A DNA stretch of 34,289 nt, from NCBI GenBank assembly GCA_025054895.1, contig JANWYZ010000003.1:1-34289 (forward strand), in the 5' to 3' direction. Below, in pieces: positions 33,626 through 34,289 of the stretch (positions within the stretch are counted from its first letter, which is position 1; each line of letters begins with the position of its first letter). Origin of the DNA: a bacterium (GTDB lineage Bacteria > Armatimonadota > HRBIN16). Made by a program: the position numbers and the translations under genes. The notes beneath the pieces are model-generated. The model did not search any database, was not told where the DNA came from, and saw nothing but the letters and a program-made list of their open reading frames with translations.

Positions 33626-34289
33626 TGACTGGAAAGCGAAGTGCGCCGTGCTTCGCCGGGCGTGGCAGGAACGCCCAGGTACGCCAGCACTCGCTCAGTG
33701 ATTCTGGCGAAAGCCGGTGCAGCGACAGTGCCACCGAAGTAGCCGTGACGTGGCTCGTCCACCGCCACCAGCACCACGATACGCGGTTCATCCGCTGGCG
33801 CAAAGCCCACAAAAGATGCTACATATCTGCCAGGCGCGTATCCTCGCCTGCCGGGAATAACTTTCTGGGCAGTGCCTGTCTTACCTGCCGTTGTGTATCC
33901 ATCCACCTCTGCCAGTTTGCCTGTGCCGTCGTCTACAACCGCCTTAAGATATTCGCGCATTTCACGTGCTACCGCAGGCGATAGTACAACGCGCGTTTCT
34001 ACCGGCTCATTCAGCAAAAGCCGGGGTTTCACATATACACCATCGTTAGCTATCACCGCGTACGCAGCTGCCAGCGCCAAAGGCGTTACCTGCACCCCTT
34101 GCCCAAAGGCGACGTTCGCCAAACGTATCTTCGCCCATCCATCCGGCTTTTCCAGTCTGCCTCTGGCGCCGCCCACCACTTGCTTTTCCAGAAAGCCAAA
34201 CTGTTGCGTCGCCTCGTACAGAGCATGTGCGCCCAGGTTGATGCCAATCTGAGCGGTTGCCACGTTGCAGGAATGGGCGACCACTTCCT
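33622..34289 (-). CDS. ftsI: class B penicillin-binding protein (FtsI/SpoVD-like), C-terminal part; 5' end outside the window
   Basis: S-x-N (SCN), FGQG...TPL, IANDG, GKTGTAQ, ASFVGFAP, GG-x-VAAP-x-F; lies upstream of murE. Confidence 0.92.
   Translation of the reverse strand, partial: EVVAHSCNVATAQIGINLGAHALYEATQQFGFLEKQVVGGARGRLEKPDGWAKIRLANVAFGQGVQVTPLALAAAYAVIANDGVYVKPRLLLNEPVETRVVLSPAVAREMREYLKAVVDDGTGKLAEVDGYTTAGKTGTAQKVIPGRRGYAPGRYVASFVGFAPADEPRIVVLVAVDEPRHGYFGGTVAAPAFARITERVLAYLGVPATPGEARRTSLSSH

Noticed and set aside
1-34289. CRISPR array, prophage, IS/transposase, retron or other defence system
   Set aside because: No regularly spaced direct repeats and no integrase, transposase, reverse transcriptase or phage proteins were recognised; only the small TA pair is present.

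Overview
GC-rich (about 55-60% by eye) bacterial chromosome segment. The gene content (Firmicutes-like DUF881/sbp inside the dcw cluster, plus an outer-membrane beta-barrel gene) suggests a diderm Terrabacteria lineage such as Armatimonadota; this is inference only. The left 19 kb holds a tRNA-Glu/Leu/Val cluster, a nicotinate phosphoribosyltransferase-like gene coupled to an AGE-family epimerase, a GH2 beta-mannosidase, a secreted tricorn-like S41 protease, tpx, a RelE-type toxin-antitoxin pair, an ArnT-like glycosyltransferase with a glycerate kinase, an outer-membrane beta-barrel, ispG, and a PfkB kinase-class II aldolase-alr operon divergent from a TIM-barrel sugar epimerase. The right 15 kb is the minus-strand dcw cluster: partial ftsI, murE, murF, mraY, murD, ftsW, murG, murC, ddl, ftsQ, DUF881, sbp, ftsA, ftsZ, with no murB. 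I found no CRISPR array, prophage, transposase or clearly novel multi-gene system. The best leads are degenerate GTAG/GGAG-tagged REP-like palindromes of several types in the intergenic spaces, a cyanobacterial-type IspG, a candidate rare-ketohexose pathway, and recurrent promoter architecture (18-bp spacers, possible sigmaH-like and LexA-like sites).
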